Below are positions 63,251 to 64,000 of a stretch of 64,000 nt of DNA, one piece after another (position 1 is the stretch's first letter; the number at the start of each line of letters is the position of its first letter). The notes under the pieces were generated by a model. It saw only the letters and a program-made list of their open reading frames with translations. It was not told where the DNA came from and made no database searches. Made by a program: the position numbers and the translations under genes. This DNA comes from Vicugna vicugna (taxonomy: Eukaryota). Location: the NCBI GenBank assembly GCA_013265495.1, contig MU057733.1, positions 62,001 to 126,000 on the forward strand, written 5' to 3'.

Positions 63251-63924
63251 TGTAGAGATAAGCCACAAGGGGGAGGGTACTCTGTTGCAGAAGACAATAG
63301 AGGATGAGGGAAAGAGTGATGGAGTGTGTGGAGGCGGGGCACATGGAGTGATGGAGTGTGTCTGTGCTGCCAGGTCCCGAAGGCTGCTCTGACTGGGTTT
63401 CCTTTAAACTGAACTCTGCGTGACAAGGAGTCAGGTCAGGCTCTGATCTGCTTGTGCCTCTAATTAGGGGAGAGACTGATGACAAGTCCTTGAAACTCCA
63501 AATCTCAAGAGTTTTCTCTCCAAACTAAGAAACACAACAACTTTATAGAACTGTTAAGAATAATAAAATAATTGGTCAGATAACTTTGTACATGGGAAAA
63601 TGATGACCATATTCAGTTACTGAATTTAGAATGTATCTTAATTATCTCACTAAACACAAAATTAAAAACCAAATAAAGGTCTGTGGTTGTTTGTTTTTCT
63701 TTTTGTTAAACTCCCTTCACCACCCTGGTCCTTCCCCAGCCCCATGGCCCCAGATCAGTCTTCGGTGCTCCTTCTTCCTTAAGATGACTTCCCAGGAATA
63801 GCCCAGCTTCTCCTTTTTCCCTTGTACTTTGCCATTACAGCTTTCTCTCAGTGTCATGCAGGCTATAACTTTCTACTATTCCAATCAAAAACTTTTGTTA
63901 AAAGCTTTGAATCACTGTTCTCCT

Positions 63925-64000
63925 TTTACTTTTATTTGTTTGTTTGTTTTCGTGGGGGAGGTAAGTAGGTTTATTTTATTTATTTATTCTTAATAGCAGT
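63925..64000 (-). mobile_element. Tail of a camelid-type SINE (cut by window end)
   Basis: GGGGGAGGTAAGTAGGTTTATTTTATTTATTTATT matches the tail of the 35.6-kb copy. Confidence 0.6.

Overview
Mammalian genomic window, most likely a camelid (tRNA-derived SINEs with GGGGAGGGTATAGCTCAG heads and TAAACCTAATTAC-type tails; artiodactyl-type L1). The only protein-coding gene is PTP4A1 (PRL-1), complete on the minus strand: CpG-island promoter and non-coding exon 1 near 9.5-9.7 kb, five coding exons 5833->2134 (173 aa), and a 3'UTR that probably extends past position 1. The remaining ~54 kb is upstream sequence rich in L1, LTR, SINE, MIR/L2/CR1 and DNA-transposon remnants, with two assembly gaps. Main observations: (1) a spliced 44-codon peptide uORF in the PTP4A1 leader with three in-frame AUGs, whose length depends on first-exon choice; (2) a solo LTR 14 kb upstream, co-oriented with the gene, carrying three DUX-like motifs, a TATA box and a splice donor, so possibly an alternative promoter; (3) a 693-nt G-rich VNTR-like insertion with a perfect 16-bp TSD, possibly an undescribed SVA-like retroposon; (4) a chimeric L1-plus-unique-sequence insertion, a 5'-inverted L1 and a processed U1 pseudogene. 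Repeat family names come from pattern recognition, not a database search.
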